Origin: Thermoproteus sp. | GTDB lineage: Archaea > Thermoproteota > Thermoprotei > Thermoproteales > Thermoproteaceae | Direction of reading: 5' to 3' | Length of the DNA stretch: 64,000 nucleotides | NCBI GenBank assembly: GCA_049976425.1 | Contig: JBMFIG010000004.1 | Span: 26,503 to 90,502 of the forward strand | Shown here: piece after piece, positions 53,203-63,412 of the stretch | Numbering within the stretch: the first letter of the stretch is position 1 | How the letters are laid out: every line of letters begins with the position of its first letter | The notes under the pieces: model-generated | Database searches by the model: none | Told to the model about the DNA's origin: nothing | What the model saw: only the letters and a program-made list of their open reading frames with translations | Translations under genes and position numbers: made by a program

Positions 53203-53541
53203 CTAGAACCTCCTCTCGTTCTTCTCCAGCTTCTCGAAGTAGGCCTTCTCGAGGTCCATCCCCAGAAGCCCCGCTATGGTGAGGACGTAGATGAAGACGT
53301 CGGTTATCTCCTCCTCGACATCCCGCCGCACGTCCTCCAGCCTCAAGGTGCCGTGGCCGTAGACCGTGCTCCTGACGACCTTCTTCACCAGATTAGCCGC
53401 CTCGCCCACCTCCCCCGCCAAGGCGTTTGTCAGATACTCCAGGCGGAGGGCCAGCTCCCGCTCGTCTCCGATCTCCCAAAAACGGGGGAACTTCCTCCGC
53501 GAAAACTCGGTCTGGATCTCCACTAGCTTTTTGAGATCCAC
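53203..53541 (-). CDS. MazG-like nucleotide pyrophosphohydrolase
   Basis: LAGEVGEAAN...EEEITDVFIY...KLEKNERRF. Confidence 0.85.
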   Translation of the reverse strand: MDLKKLVEIQTEFSRRKFPRFWEIGDERELALRLEYLTNALAGEVGEAANLVKKVVRSTVYGHGTLRLEDVRRDVEEEITDVFIYVLTIAGLLGMDLEKAYFEKLEKNERRF

Positions 53542-53685
53542 GTGTCCGGCGGATGCCGTAGCTATAACGCCTATTCGTAAAACTGTGCCGAGAGATAGCG
53601 AGCGCAGAACTCGCGGTGCAATTAAGGGATTATATACTCTTAATAAAATTTCGTAAAATATAAATAGTCTGACTATTGGTGTTCT

Positions 53686-54984
53686 ATGTTACAGAGGGAG
53701 GTTGTGCTGTCAAAGAAGTGGAAATATATACTGCCAATAATATGGGTTGCATACCTCCTCGCCTTCATCGACAGAGTGAACATAGGTATCGCGAGTTTGG
53801 GGATGAAACAGAGCTTGGGCCTCACAGACGCCGATCTAGGGTTCGCCGCCGGCATCTTCTTCATAGGGTACTTCATACTTGAGATCCCGGGCACATATAT
53901 CGTCGAGAGGTACAGCGCCAGGAAGTGGATCGCCAGAATCCTCATAAGCTGGGGCTTAATCGCCTCGCTCACGGGCTTAGTCCAGGACAAATTCCAGCTG
54001 TACGCCGCCAGATTCGCGTTGGGCCTCGCCGAGGCCAGCTTCTTTCCCGGCATCATAGTCTACCTAACCCACTGGTATCTGGAAGACGAGAGGAGCAGGG
54101 CCGTCGGGCTCTTCATGAGCGCCATAGCTGTGGCGAACATAATCCTTTCCCCTATCTCGGGTCTCCTCCTCACGGTAAATTGGCTGGGGCTGGAGGGCTG
54201 GCGGTGGGTGCTGATACTGGAAGGCATACCGGCGGTCCTGTGGGGCTTCGTCGTGTTGTTCCTCCTGCCCGACTGGCCTAGAGAGGCCAACTGGCTGACT
54301 CCCGAGGAGAAGGCGTGGTTGGAGGAGGAGTTGAGGAAAGAGCGCGAGTCGCATCCGCCCGAACGGGTCGTCTCGTGGATAGCCGGCCTCAAGATACCTG
54401 AGGCTTGGCTCCTCGCCTTGATCTACTTCACTGCGACGAGCGGCCTTTACGGCATCACGTTCTGGTCGCCGCAAGTTCTCAAGGCTCTAACCGGCGGAAA
54501 CTCTGTCGTCATAGGCTTGCTCAACGCGGTCGTGTACCTAGTCGCGTTTGCCGCCATGGTATTCGTAGGCAGATCCTCGGACAAGAGCGGCGAGCGGTTT
54601 CTCCATTCTGCTGTACCGCTGTTGGTGGGGGCCCTCGGGCTAATCGCCGTGGCTCCCCTTGCTCATACGCCCTCGCTGGCCTTCGCCGCTCTAGTGCTCG
54701 CCGCGGCCGGGATATACGGATTCTATCCGCCGTTCTGGCCAATACCGCAACGGATGTTGGCTGGTGTGGCGAGGGCCGTGGCGATTGGCCTTATAAACTC
54801 GGTAGGCAACTTGGGCGGCTTTGTGGGGCCTTACATAGTCGGCTATCTCAACACGTTGGCCAACTCCAGCTACGCAGGTCTGGTCTACCTCGCAGGTTCG
54901 GCCGTCGCGTCAAGCGTCTTGTTGATAGTCGCACGGCGTGTGTTGCTACGCAGATTGAGTAGCCCCGCCAAAGTTTTCGGCTAG
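53686..54984 (+). CDS. MFS transporter, anion:cation symporter type (TtuB/HpaX-like)
   Basis: FIDRVNIG, EIPG, RFALGLAEASFFPG, GWRW...EGIP and INSVGNLGGFVGP. Confidence 0.9.
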   Translation: MLQREVVLSKKWKYILPIIWVAYLLAFIDRVNIGIASLGMKQSLGLTDADLGFAAGIFFIGYFILEIPGTYIVERYSARKWIARILISWGLIASLTGLVQDKFQLYAARFALGLAEASFFPGIIVYLTHWYLEDERSRAVGLFMSAIAVANIILSPISGLLLTVNWLGLEGWRWVLILEGIPAVLWGFVVLFLLPDWPREANWLTPEEKAWLEEELRKERESHPPERVVSWIAGLKIPEAWLLALIYFTATSGLYGITFWSPQVLKALTGGNSVVIGLLNAVVYLVAFAAMVFVGRSSDKSGERFLHSAVPLLVGALGLIAVAPLAHTPSLAFAALVLAAAGIYGFYPPFWPIPQRMLAGVARAVAIGLINSVGNLGGFVGPYIVGYLNTLANSSYAGLVYLAGSAVASSVLLIVARRVLLRRLSSPAKVFG

Positions 54985-55099
54985 CGCAGTCGCTGGATCG
55001 GCGAACCCTGCTCTAGAGAGAACTATTTACTGTGTTAAAGTTGTTTTCGATAGATTATCCGATAGATAAACTTTTTATAGTAACAGTGTTAATTGGCAC

Positions 55100-56797
55100 A
55101 TGGCGAGGAGGATGGCGCTCGTCGGTCCGCCCAACGTCGGGAAGTCGACGCTGTTCTACGCCTTGACCGGGCGGTACGTCAAGACGGCTAACTACCCCGG
55201 AAAGACTCTGGAGATGAACGTGGGGAGGATCAGAGGGACGGAGGTGGATCTCGTGGATCTCCCAGGCGTCTTCAACCCCCAGAGCCCCAAGGACGAGGAC
55301 GAGGCGCTGGCTCTGCGGGAGGCGCTCGAGGGGCCCTACGACGGCGTCGTGGTGGTCGGCGCGCCCCACGCGATCAAGGAGGCGCTTGCTCTGGCCGAGT
55401 ACATAGGCAGAAGCCGGCCGGTCGCCCTCGTCGTAAACATGGTCGACCTCGGCGCTCCGGAGATCCCCTCAGAGGAGCTGTCGGCGAAGATGGGAATCCC
55501 GGTCTTCTATACGTCTGCAATAAAGGGCCTCGGAATCCCCCAGCTCCGGCGCTTCCTGGCCAGTTGGGCCCCCGCTGGGCCGACTCCCGTGAAGGCCGTG
55601 GACATCCCAGTAAGGCCCTCAGCCAGGCTGGCCGGGGCCTTGTTCTCCCGCCCGTCCCTAGCGCTCGCCGGCGCCCTCGCGCTGTCGATAGCCACAGTCG
55701 TCGCCCTCTTCGCCGCCTTGGAGGGGGCCGGGCCTTGGCCGGGCATCCTCTCGTATATAGAGCCGGCGCTCGACGGCGTGTCGGACGCGATAACGTCGGC
55801 TGGGTTGCCGCCGGCGCTCGCCTCCTTCCTGGCCGACGGGCTGTGGCTAGGCGTGTCGGCGTTCGTGGGTTTCCTGCCCTATATACTCATCGCCCTGTCG
55901 CTCGTAGTGCTTTACGAGGAGACGGGCATCATAGGGCTGCTCGGCAGAATGCTGGAGGCCAAGATGGTGTCCCTCGGCGTCCCCGGCCGGGGGCTCCTCT
56001 GTCTGATGGTCGCCTCGGCGTGCAACGTGCCGGCGCTCTCCACCGTGAGGGTCATGTGGGGCAGGGGCAACAGGCTCATGTCGGCTCTACTGGTGCCCTA
56101 CGTGCCGTGCGCCGCCAGGCTCTCCCTCTTCGTGGCCGTGTCCGCCGCCGTCTTTTCGGCCAGGCCCTACTTGGTGCCTCTCGCGGTCTTCGTCCCATAC
56201 GGCGTCGCCGCCCTCGCCGTATTGGCCGCCTCGCTGATCTACAGAAAGGCCTTCCGCGTGGTCCCCCGCGTGGAGGGGCTCCCGCCGACGCCTCTCATGG
56301 TCCCCAACTTGAGGATATACGCGTTGAAGGTGTGGACGGGCTTCAAGGACTTCCTAGTCAAGGCGGGCCTCTTGATAGCGCTGTTCCCCGCAGTTATATG
56401 GCCCCTCACGCACTTCGGGCCGTCGGGCTTCGTCTCGGATATCTCGGAGAGCTGGCTCGCCGAGGCCGGGAAGGCCTTCGGCGCCCTCCTCGCGCCCGCG
56501 GGCATCCCCTGGCAGATATCGACGTCGTTGATAGCGGGGTATATCTTCAAGGAGGTGGTGTGGGGCTTCATGGCCGCCCTCGGCGCCGATGCCCTCCTGC
56601 CCAGCCTGTCTATCCCCGCCGCGCTCGCCCTCATGGCGTTTATGGCTATCTACTCCGCATGCGTCGCCACGGTGGGGGCCATGGTCAGGCTAGTCGGCTG
56701 GAGGCTGACCGCCCTCTCCTTGGCGATCCAACTCGCCGTGGCCTTGGCGGCGGCCTACGCGGTGTACGCGGCGGCCTCGGCGTTGATGTATATTTAG
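55100..56797 (+). CDS. feoB: Ferrous iron transporter B
   Basis: GPPNVGKS, NYPGKT, DLPG and NMVD G-domain motifs; CNVPA, PCAARL and KEVV membrane motifs. Confidence 0.88.
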   Translation: MARRMALVGPPNVGKSTLFYALTGRYVKTANYPGKTLEMNVGRIRGTEVDLVDLPGVFNPQSPKDEDEALALREALEGPYDGVVVVGAPHAIKEALALAEYIGRSRPVALVVNMVDLGAPEIPSEELSAKMGIPVFYTSAIKGLGIPQLRRFLASWAPAGPTPVKAVDIPVRPSARLAGALFSRPSLALAGALALSIATVVALFAALEGAGPWPGILSYIEPALDGVSDAITSAGLPPALASFLADGLWLGVSAFVGFLPYILIALSLVVLYEETGIIGLLGRMLEAKMVSLGVPGRGLLCLMVASACNVPALSTVRVMWGRGNRLMSALLVPYVPCAARLSLFVAVSAAVFSARPYLVPLAVFVPYGVAALAVLAASLIYRKAFRVVPRVEGLPPTPLMVPNLRIYALKVWTGFKDFLVKAGLLIALFPAVIWPLTHFGPSGFVSDISESWLAEAGKAFGALLAPAGIPWQISTSLIAGYIFKEVVWGFMAALGADALLPSLSIPAALALMAFMAIYSACVATVGAMVRLVGWRLTALSLAIQLAVALAAAYAVYAAASALMYI

Positions 56798-56813
56798 GCG
56801 ATTCGGGAGGTGC

Positions 56814-57737
56814 GTGAGGTATAGGCACTACGGCGACTTGAGGGTGTCGGAGATAGGGTTCGGCGCTTGGGTGCTCGGCGGGATGTACGGCGAGTTGGGG
56901 GAAGGCGAGGCCAGGAGGCTTGTGGAGAAGGCCTTGGACCTCGGCATAAACTTCTTCGATACCGCAGACGTCTACGGCAGAGGGAAGTCGGAGGAGCTTC
57001 TGGGCAAGCTCCTGGCCGGGAGGGACGGCGTCTACGTCGCGACCAAGGTGGGGTACGACTTCTACTCGAGCCCGGAGAGGCCGGCCCGCCGCTACGACGC
57101 CGAGTATCTGGAGCTCGCCTTGAGGAGATCCGCGGAGAGGCTGGGCAGGAGGCCCGACCTCGTCCAGCTCCACAACCCGCCCAGAGAGGAGGTGGAGAGG
57201 GCGGCGGCGCACTTACTCAAGATGAGGGGGGTGTGGGCCAGATACGTGGGCGCCGCGCTGGGGCCGGAGGTGCAGGTTCTGGAGGAGGGGAGGGCGGCTC
57301 TTAGGGCCGGCTACGACTCCATAATGTTCGTCTTCAACATACTGGAGCAGGAGCCCGGGAGGATCTTGATAGAGGAGGGGCGGGGGAGGATGCTCTTGGC
57401 GCGTGTCCCCCACGCCAGCGAGGTGTTGACGGATAGATTCAAGCCGTCGTTCCCCCAAGGCGACCACCGCTCGTTGAGGCGCGCCGAGTGGCTGAGGAGG
57501 GCTAGGGAAATCGCCGAGAGGGAGGTGGCGCCGCTGGCCAGAGAGCTCGGGCTGACGCTGGGCCAATACGCTCTCAAGTTCGTCCTCTCGTTCCCCGTCA
57601 CGTCAGTCCTAGTCACGGCGACCTCGGTGGAGGAGCTTGAGGAATACGCCGAGGCCAGCGACGGCAAGCCGCTCCCGGAGCACCACCTGGAGGCCCTCGC
57701 CGAGCTGTGGAGGAGGCACGGAAAGGAGCTGGCGTAG
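56814..57737 (+). CDS. Aldo/keto reductase
   Basis: VSEIGFGAW, GINFFDTADVYG, ATKVG and QLHNP. Confidence 0.9.
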   Translation: MRYRHYGDLRVSEIGFGAWVLGGMYGELGEGEARRLVEKALDLGINFFDTADVYGRGKSEELLGKLLAGRDGVYVATKVGYDFYSSPERPARRYDAEYLELALRRSAERLGRRPDLVQLHNPPREEVERAAAHLLKMRGVWARYVGAALGPEVQVLEEGRAALRAGYDSIMFVFNILEQEPGRILIEEGRGRMLLARVPHASEVLTDRFKPSFPQGDHRSLRRAEWLRRAREIAEREVAPLARELGLTLGQYALKFVLSFPVTSVLVTATSVEELEEYAEASDGKPLPEHHLEALAELWRRHGKELA

Positions 57738-57864
57738 ACACACTTTCCATGCTCTGGGCGTCCCGGGGGCCCGTGCGAGTGCGGAGATTAAGGGGAAAGG
57801 GGTCGGTTCTGATCCAGCCCCTCAGATAAATCAATTACCCATATACAAGGGCCGCAACGGAGCG

Positions 57865-58356
57865 CTACGTCTTAATTCTCTGGAGCACTTCTCTACACCT
57901 GGCCAAGAAAAGCTTGAGATCTTCGACCGCCAGCTCTAGGGAGGTGTACCTGCTGAGCAGAGCCTCTCTATCCACGCCGTTGTACTGAAATTCGTGGAGA
58001 TTCAAGGCGAGGTCTGTTAGAGACACCACGTCGAAGTCTACTGCGTCTCTGAGCCTCTGGGCAACCTCCCGCAATTTACTGGACGGCATGTAGGCTATTA
58101 GCCAATCCACTCTGGCCACCGCCCGGCCGTCGCGCGTCTTGACAACTCCGGGGTAGTGCCTGGCCAACGCCTCTCTGTGTACAGCCGCCAGAGCCGCCAT
58201 CAACGACTTCCAAGCCTGAAACGCCTTGCCAGCCGCGTTTCTGTACATCTCCTCTCCAACAAACTTCTCGGCAAGCTCAAGCTCGTACCTCGCCTCCTCA
58301 AGCCTAATCTCCACATACCTCCCCAAATCCCTCCAAGGGTGGACTAACAAAGTCAC
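57865..58356 (-). CDS. PaREP1 family (HEPN-like) protein
   Basis: RNAAGKAFQAWKS and ALNLHEFQYNG motifs. Confidence 0.8.
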   Translation of the reverse strand: MTLLVHPWRDLGRYVEIRLEEARYELELAEKFVGEEMYRNAAGKAFQAWKSLMAALAAVHREALARHYPGVVKTRDGRAVARVDWLIAYMPSSKLREVAQRLRDAVDFDVVSLTDLALNLHEFQYNGVDREALLSRYTSLELAVEDLKLFLARCREVLQRIKT

Positions 58357-58514
58357 AGATGAGAAGGCCTCCCCTTTTTAAAAATCCTTAAACGGCCAGT
58401 AATTGTGCCAGAAAGCGTAGGAGAAGATTAGATGGGCTAGCGGCCGCTTGAGAAGTAGAGCTGTAGGTGGCTGGGCTGCGGGAGGCGCGGTTCGGGCCAC
58501 GGTCGGCGTGGCTG

Positions 58515-58700
58515 TGGGACTAGGAGATGTTCGTGGAGGCCGGCACCCCCGCCAGGACCTCGCCCATATGGCCACAGGTCTAGAGGCCCCTAAACGAGAT
58601 AATTGCAAAATACTTCATGAATCAGATCACCGCGGAGGCGGCTGTAAAGGAGATGCATAAGCTACTAGTGACCCACAGCAAAGAGGCTGGCTTAATTAGG
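58515..58700 (+). pseudogene. Possible degraded fragment of a solute-binding protein C-terminus
   Basis: Frame with internal stops: ...PIWPQV*RPLNEIIAKYFMNQITAEAAVKEMHKLL; lower GC than flanks. Confidence 0.3.
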
Positions 58701-58828
58701 TTTACATCTACGGACAGATTTGATTTTTGTCTTCCTAGTGTTCGCACTGCGATCCCCAAACCACGGCCATGACGCGTAGCGGACAGAGCCCGAGAATTCT
58801 TAAAACCGAGAGGCCGCTCTAAATTGGA

Positions 58829-59851
58829 ATGAAGAAGGTAAAGTTGAGCTTGACGAGGGGGCTTTCAGTCGATTTTATAGACCGCGAAGTAGCCCTCAAG
58901 CGCGTGGAGGAGTGGGCTGAGAGGGGCATGGTGGTCGTCCACATGGTTTTCGGGCCGGAGGGTTGTGGGAAGTCGGCTTGGCTTAGGCAGTCTGCGGAGC
59001 TTCTTAGGGAGTTGGGCTTCGACGTCCTATACGTAAATCCCCTCCAGAGGGAGTACATCGCCTACATAGATCTTAAGGAGGTAGTCAAGAGGTTTGCCGA
59101 AGCCGCCGCGGCCAGGACAGGCATAGCCGAGATCAAGCTGGCCGATCTAGCTGTGCAGATGGCGATATACGCCATAAAGAAACGCAGGAGAAAGATTGCG
59201 GTGTTGGCAGACGACGTATTCCAAGCCATCGGCCTCGACAAGGCGGCTAGCTACGTCAAGTGGATGCTCGGCGTGATCGAGTACCCGCCCGGCGAGTACG
59301 AGAGGATCGTCGCAGTGGCCGCGACCAGCGAAGGCCTCACCAGAAGGGAGATCGGGAGGCATATGTGGGCAGACCACTACCCTATGTGGAATATGTCGAG
59401 AGAAGGCTTCAGACAACTGTACGACCAGATACCCGGCCACAAGCCCCCATTCGAGGACGTCTGGAGGCTGACCGGAGGAAACCCCAGATTGCTAGGTCAG
59501 CTGTACGAGGCGGGGTGGGACGTGGATAAGGTTGTCGAGATGTTTATGAGGGGGAAGGAGCTGAACTCCCCGGATTTGTCTAGGTGGAGGGGTTGGCTTG
59601 AGAAGGCCCTCGAGGACCCCGACGTGCTCTGGACGGTCGAGGCGCCTGAGGGGCTCCTCGACAGACTCGTCGAGAGGAATCTGGTGGTCCACAACCTACA
59701 CGACAGAGATCCCAGCTTCTGGGTCGACGCGCCTCCGCCGGAGAGGGACCCCGAGCTGGGCGTGGGGAAGTACGTCGCGTGGCAGACGCCGCTCCACAGA
59801 GAGGCCGTCAGGAGGGCGCTGGGGTCTAGCTCCCCGCCACGGCTTTCTTGA
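58829..59851 (+). CDS. Archaeal ATPase (paralogue of 30405-31388)
   Basis: FIDRE, FGPEGCGKS, DDVFQAIG, TSEG, GGNPR and GVGKYVAWQTP. Confidence 0.88.
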   Translation: MKKVKLSLTRGLSVDFIDREVALKRVEEWAERGMVVVHMVFGPEGCGKSAWLRQSAELLRELGFDVLYVNPLQREYIAYIDLKEVVKRFAEAAAARTGIAEIKLADLAVQMAIYAIKKRRRKIAVLADDVFQAIGLDKAASYVKWMLGVIEYPPGEYERIVAVAATSEGLTRREIGRHMWADHYPMWNMSREGFRQLYDQIPGHKPPFEDVWRLTGGNPRLLGQLYEAGWDVDKVVEMFMRGKELNSPDLSRWRGWLEKALEDPDVLWTVEAPEGLLDRLVERNLVVHNLHDRDPSFWVDAPPPERDPELGVGKYVAWQTPLHREAVRRALGSSSPPRLS

Positions 59852-61736
59852 GCTCCTCCACGCTCTCCTCGTCCTCTATCGTGCTGAGGTCGCCCGGCGG
59901 CTGTCCGGCCGCCATGGCTCTCAGAACCCTCCTCATGACCTTGCCCGTCCTCGTCTTGGGCAGTCTGCTCAATATGGCTATCTTCCCCACGACAGCTACG
60001 GGGCCTAGAGCCCTCTTGAGGTGCGCCGCGACCTCCTCCTCGGTTATCTTGGCCCCGTCCTTGGGCACTACGAAGACGCCCAACACCTCGCCGCGGACGG
60101 GGTCGGGGATGCCGACGACTGCGGCCTCGGCGATGGCCGGATGCGACGTCAGGAGGTCCTCGACCTCCCTCGTCGAGAGCCTGTGGCCCGCCACCTTTAT
60201 CACGTCGTCGGAGCGGCCCAGTATGTGGAGGTGCCCCTCCTCGTCTATGTAGCCCACGTCGCCTGTGTGGTAGTAGCCGGGGAACCTCGACCAGTAGGAG
60301 CGGACGTATCTGTCGGGGTCGCCCCAGAGGCTGTGGAGGAAGGCGGGGGGTAGCGGCGGCTTCGCGACCACGTGCCCCTTCTGCCCCGGCGGGAGCGGCC
60401 TCCCCTCGTCGTCCAATATCTCTATCCTCAGAGTCGGGTAGGGCAACCCCACAGACCCGTACTTGTATCTGAACCCCCCTAGGTTCATGGAGCCCGGCGC
60501 CGTGACGAAGCAAGCGGTCTCGGTCTGGCCCCAGATATCGGCTATCTGGCAGCTGGGCCTCCCCCCGCAGACCACGTCCCTCAGCCACTTGTACGCCTCC
60601 TCGTTTAGGACCTCGCCGGTGGGGTACAGAGCCATCAGACGGCTCAAGTCGTACCTCCTGGGCCACTCGTCCCCGTACTTCATCAAGAGCCTCACGGCGG
60701 TGGGCGAGAAGAGCATGTGGGTCGCGCCGTAGGCCTCCGCCAGCTCCCACCATATGCCTGGGCGGGGGTAGTCCGGCGCGTCCTCGTACCAGAGCACCGT
60801 CAGCCCGTTCAAGAGCGGGCCGTGGACCCCGTAGTGGTGGCCCGATATCCAGCCTATATCGGCCGTGGAGAAGAAGACTATGTCGTCTCTGAACTCCCTC
60901 TCGGCCCCCACCAGGTGGTTGAAGGCGTACCATATCCAGACCATGTAGGAGCCGTGCAGGTGCAGTATCCCCTTGGGCTTCCCCGTGGTGCCCGACGTGT
61001 AGAGGATGAAGAGGGGGGCGTCCCCGCCGACCCATTCAGGCTCCGCGTAGGCGCCGGGGGGTATACGCCTCAGCGCCTCGTGCCACCAGAGATCCCTCCC
61101 CTCCCTCATGGCCACGTCCATCCCCAGCCTTCTGTAGACCAAGACCGCCGCGTCGGCTCCGGCTATCCCCAGCGCCTCGTCCACCACCGGCTTTAGGGGG
61201 ATCGCCCTCCCCCTCCTCGTCATGCCGTCGGCCGTTATCACCAGAGAGGCCTTGGCGTCAGATATTCTGTCGGCCAGCGCCCGCGCGCCGAAGCCCGAGA
61301 AGACGACGGTGTGGACCGCGCCTATTCTGTTGACGGCCAGCATGGCGATCATGGCCTCCGGCACCATGGGCATATATATGGCGACCCTATCGCCCCTCCC
61401 CACGCCGAGGCTCCTCAAGAGGGCGGCCAGCCTGTTGACCTCCCTGTAGAGATCCCAGTAGCGGAGCACTCTGTACTCGCCAGACGCCGAGGCCCATATC
61501 AACGCGGCCTTGTTGCCTCTGCCCGACTTCACGTGTCTGTCGAGGGCGTTGTAGGATATGTTCGTCCTCCCGCCGACGAACCATTTATAGAACGGCGGGT
61601 TGGAGTCGTCGTACGTCCTCTCCCACCGCTCCCTCCAGTACAGCCTCCCGGCTTGCTCCTCCCAGAACCCCACTGGGTCCTCCAACGACTTCCTATACAC
61701 CTCCAAGAATTCCGAAGACATAAAGACAAATTTCAT
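59826..61736 (-). CDS. acs: AMP-forming acetyl-CoA synthetase
   Basis: YTSGTTGKPKG, ADIGW, WGQTE, GRSDDVIKVAGHR and PKTRTGK. Confidence 0.92.
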   Translation of the reverse strand: MKFVFMSSEFLEVYRKSLEDPVGFWEEQAGRLYWRERWERTYDDSNPPFYKWFVGGRTNISYNALDRHVKSGRGNKAALIWASASGEYRVLRYWDLYREVNRLAALLRSLGVGRGDRVAIYMPMVPEAMIAMLAVNRIGAVHTVVFSGFGARALADRISDAKASLVITADGMTRRGRAIPLKPVVDEALGIAGADAAVLVYRRLGMDVAMREGRDLWWHEALRRIPPGAYAEPEWVGGDAPLFILYTSGTTGKPKGILHLHGSYMVWIWYAFNHLVGAEREFRDDIVFFSTADIGWISGHHYGVHGPLLNGLTVLWYEDAPDYPRPGIWWELAEAYGATHMLFSPTAVRLLMKYGDEWPRRYDLSRLMALYPTGEVLNEEAYKWLRDVVCGGRPSCQIADIWGQTETACFVTAPGSMNLGGFRYKYGSVGLPYPTLRIEILDDEGRPLPPGQKGHVVAKPPLPPAFLHSLWGDPDRYVRSYWSRFPGYYHTGDVGYIDEEGHLHILGRSDDVIKVAGHRLSTREVEDLLTSHPAIAEAAVVGIPDPVRGEVLGVFVVPKDGAKITEEEVAAHLKRALGPVAVVGKIAILSRLPKTRTGKVMRRVLRAMAAGQPPGDLSTIEDEESVEELKKAVAGS

Positions 61737-61959
61737 AATAATTAAAAATTTTTCTCTAATTTATTTAAATATAGAATCATTATAGTTTAATATAATGATA
61801 AATAAATAGAGAGGAAGCAATGCGGCAGATCCGGCGGCCGCGGGGAGGCGGGCTTCGCTTAACGCCGCGGCTCTCGAAGACGCCCGTCCCTGTCCGCGAG
61901 CCGTGGAAAACCTCCGGTCGGGCGATCGGCGTAGGTCAACGGCCCGCGGCGCTTCAACA

Positions 61960-62167
61960 CTGCGGGTCCGGCCGCCAGTAGGTTGGGGGACCGCCGCCAT
62001 GACGATAGCCACGGCGACGGGGCGAGGCGCTACATGGCCGACTGGAGGGAGGTGGAGGGCTAGATAGAGGCGGCCGGGCTCCGGCCGGCGAGGAGCGTCC
62101 CGAGGAACCTCCGCATCGCGGTTAGGCGGAACGGGACCTATATAGGCCTCTTCGAGCCACGCGGATA
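61960..62167 (+). pseudogene. Degraded fragment resembling the C-terminus of the neighbouring methyltransferase-like gene
   Basis: GARRYMADWREVEG*IEAAGL aligns by eye with GAKHVFRWKDVESLLEAAGF of 62453-63412. Confidence 0.35.
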
Positions 62168-62212
62168 GATCCCCGCTGCGTAAGTTTTTTAAGTACATAC
62201 GCACGGAGTTGC

Positions 62213-62422
62213 ATGTCCTTCCAGGAAAGGGTAAGGAAGGAGGCCGCGGCGGTCCAATCGGTCGCCGACTGCGAGGTCAGCGACTTCGATGCCTTCTCGT
62301 CCTTGGTGCCGCCGACTCTCCAGAACGCCGTGCTCGACGCCTTGAGGGCCGGCTCGATCCCGCCGGAGCTCCAGCCGCTCTTCAGAAGGCTGAGGGAAGC
62401 CGGGATCCTCGTCTGCACCTGA
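62213..62422 (+). CDS. Small hypothetical protein (69 aa)
   Basis: ATG about 26 nt after TTTTTAAG; typical codon usage. Confidence 0.55.
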   Translation: MSFQERVRKEAAAVQSVADCEVSDFDAFSSLVPPTLQNAVLDALRAGSIPPELQPLFRRLREAGILVCT

Positions 62423-62452
62423 CATGGCGCCGGCCCGCAGGCGGGGACCGCC

Positions 62453-63412
62453 ATGAGCTTCTCCCTAGACGACATCAACGCCCTTAGGCACTACGGCCGT
62501 TTCATAAAGGCGGGGGGCGGGATAGGCGAGGTGAGGAAGGCGCTGGCCTGGAGCCTCTGGTACGCCGTCAAGTGGTGGGACGAGCTGAGGCACGAGTTCG
62601 GCGTAGACGCCGGCAAAAGCATCTTCGGCAGAGCCCTCTACATGGCGTTGAGGGCCAGAGGCGTCGTGGACGACGAGGGGAAGATAGTCAAGAGGGTGGA
62701 GAGGCCGGAGAGGCCCGTCAACCCCTACGCGGCTGAGTTCGTGGAGCTGCACGAGGCCTTCGACGCGCTCGGGGCCGCGAGCGTGGCCAGAGGGACCGTC
62801 GACCGCGAGAAGCTGAGGATCCTCTACTCCTCCATGCTGGCCCAGGGCTGGTACAACATCATGAGGGACACGTTCCTGGACGTCGTCAAGATAGAGAGGT
62901 TCGGCAAGATAGTGGAGCCCCACTGCAAGGAGGGGCAGATGGCCTACGCGGTGCTGAGGCGCCACTCGCCCGACAAGTACTTCGCCTACGACCCCGAGCC
63001 CGACGACGCGGAGGCCGCCGCGGCTCTGCTCGGCGCCTCCCCCAACGCGTGCGGCGAGAGGATATGCGTGGTCCAGACGCCCACCATCTGCGACCCCTAC
63101 GCCGCCGAGACGGCGAGGAAGTTCGCCGGCCAGTTCGACGCCGCGCTGGTCTTCCACACGCTGTACTGGATGCCCGACCCCCTCACGGAGCTCTCCTGCC
63201 TCAAGAAGACCTTGAAGCCCGGCGCCGCGGTCCTCGTAGGCCAGCAGGTGGTCGAGTCGACGCCGGGCCTCCTCGCCATAGTGGTCTCCTTCGGCGCCAA
63301 GCACGTATTCCGCTGGAAGGACGTGGAGTCCCTGCTGGAGGCCGCCGGCTTCAAGAAAGAAAAGAGGTACACGAGGTACTCGCCCTACTACATCGCGGTC
63401 TGGCGGGCCTAG
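62453..63412 (+). CDS. Class I SAM-dependent methyltransferase-like protein with a degenerate motif I
   Basis: FDAALVFHTLYWMPDP...LKPGA; motif I region reads VEPHCKEG. Confidence 0.65.
   Translation: MSFSLDDINALRHYGRFIKAGGGIGEVRKALAWSLWYAVKWWDELRHEFGVDAGKSIFGRALYMALRARGVVDDEGKIVKRVERPERPVNPYAAEFVELHEAFDALGAASVARGTVDREKLRILYSSMLAQGWYNIMRDTFLDVVKIERFGKIVEPHCKEGQMAYAVLRRHSPDKYFAYDPEPDDAEAAAALLGASPNACGERICVVQTPTICDPYAAETARKFAGQFDAALVFHTLYWMPDPLTELSCLKKTLKPGAAVLVGQQVVESTPGLLAIVVSFGAKHVFRWKDVESLLEAAGFKKEKRYTRYSPYYIAVWRA

Noticed and set aside
61999-62053. ACG-GGG-CGA motif after an ATG, resembling the frameshift sensors
   Set aside because: No TATA box at the right distance, the -1 frame hits TAG within about 13 codons, and no biosynthetic gene follows.
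61810-62170. Possible structured RNA (RNase P or SRP) in the GC-rich gap, including GAGGAACCTCCG
   Set aside because: No matching 3' P4 strand or SRP helix 8 motif was found, and part of the region translates as a degraded methyltransferase-like fragment.
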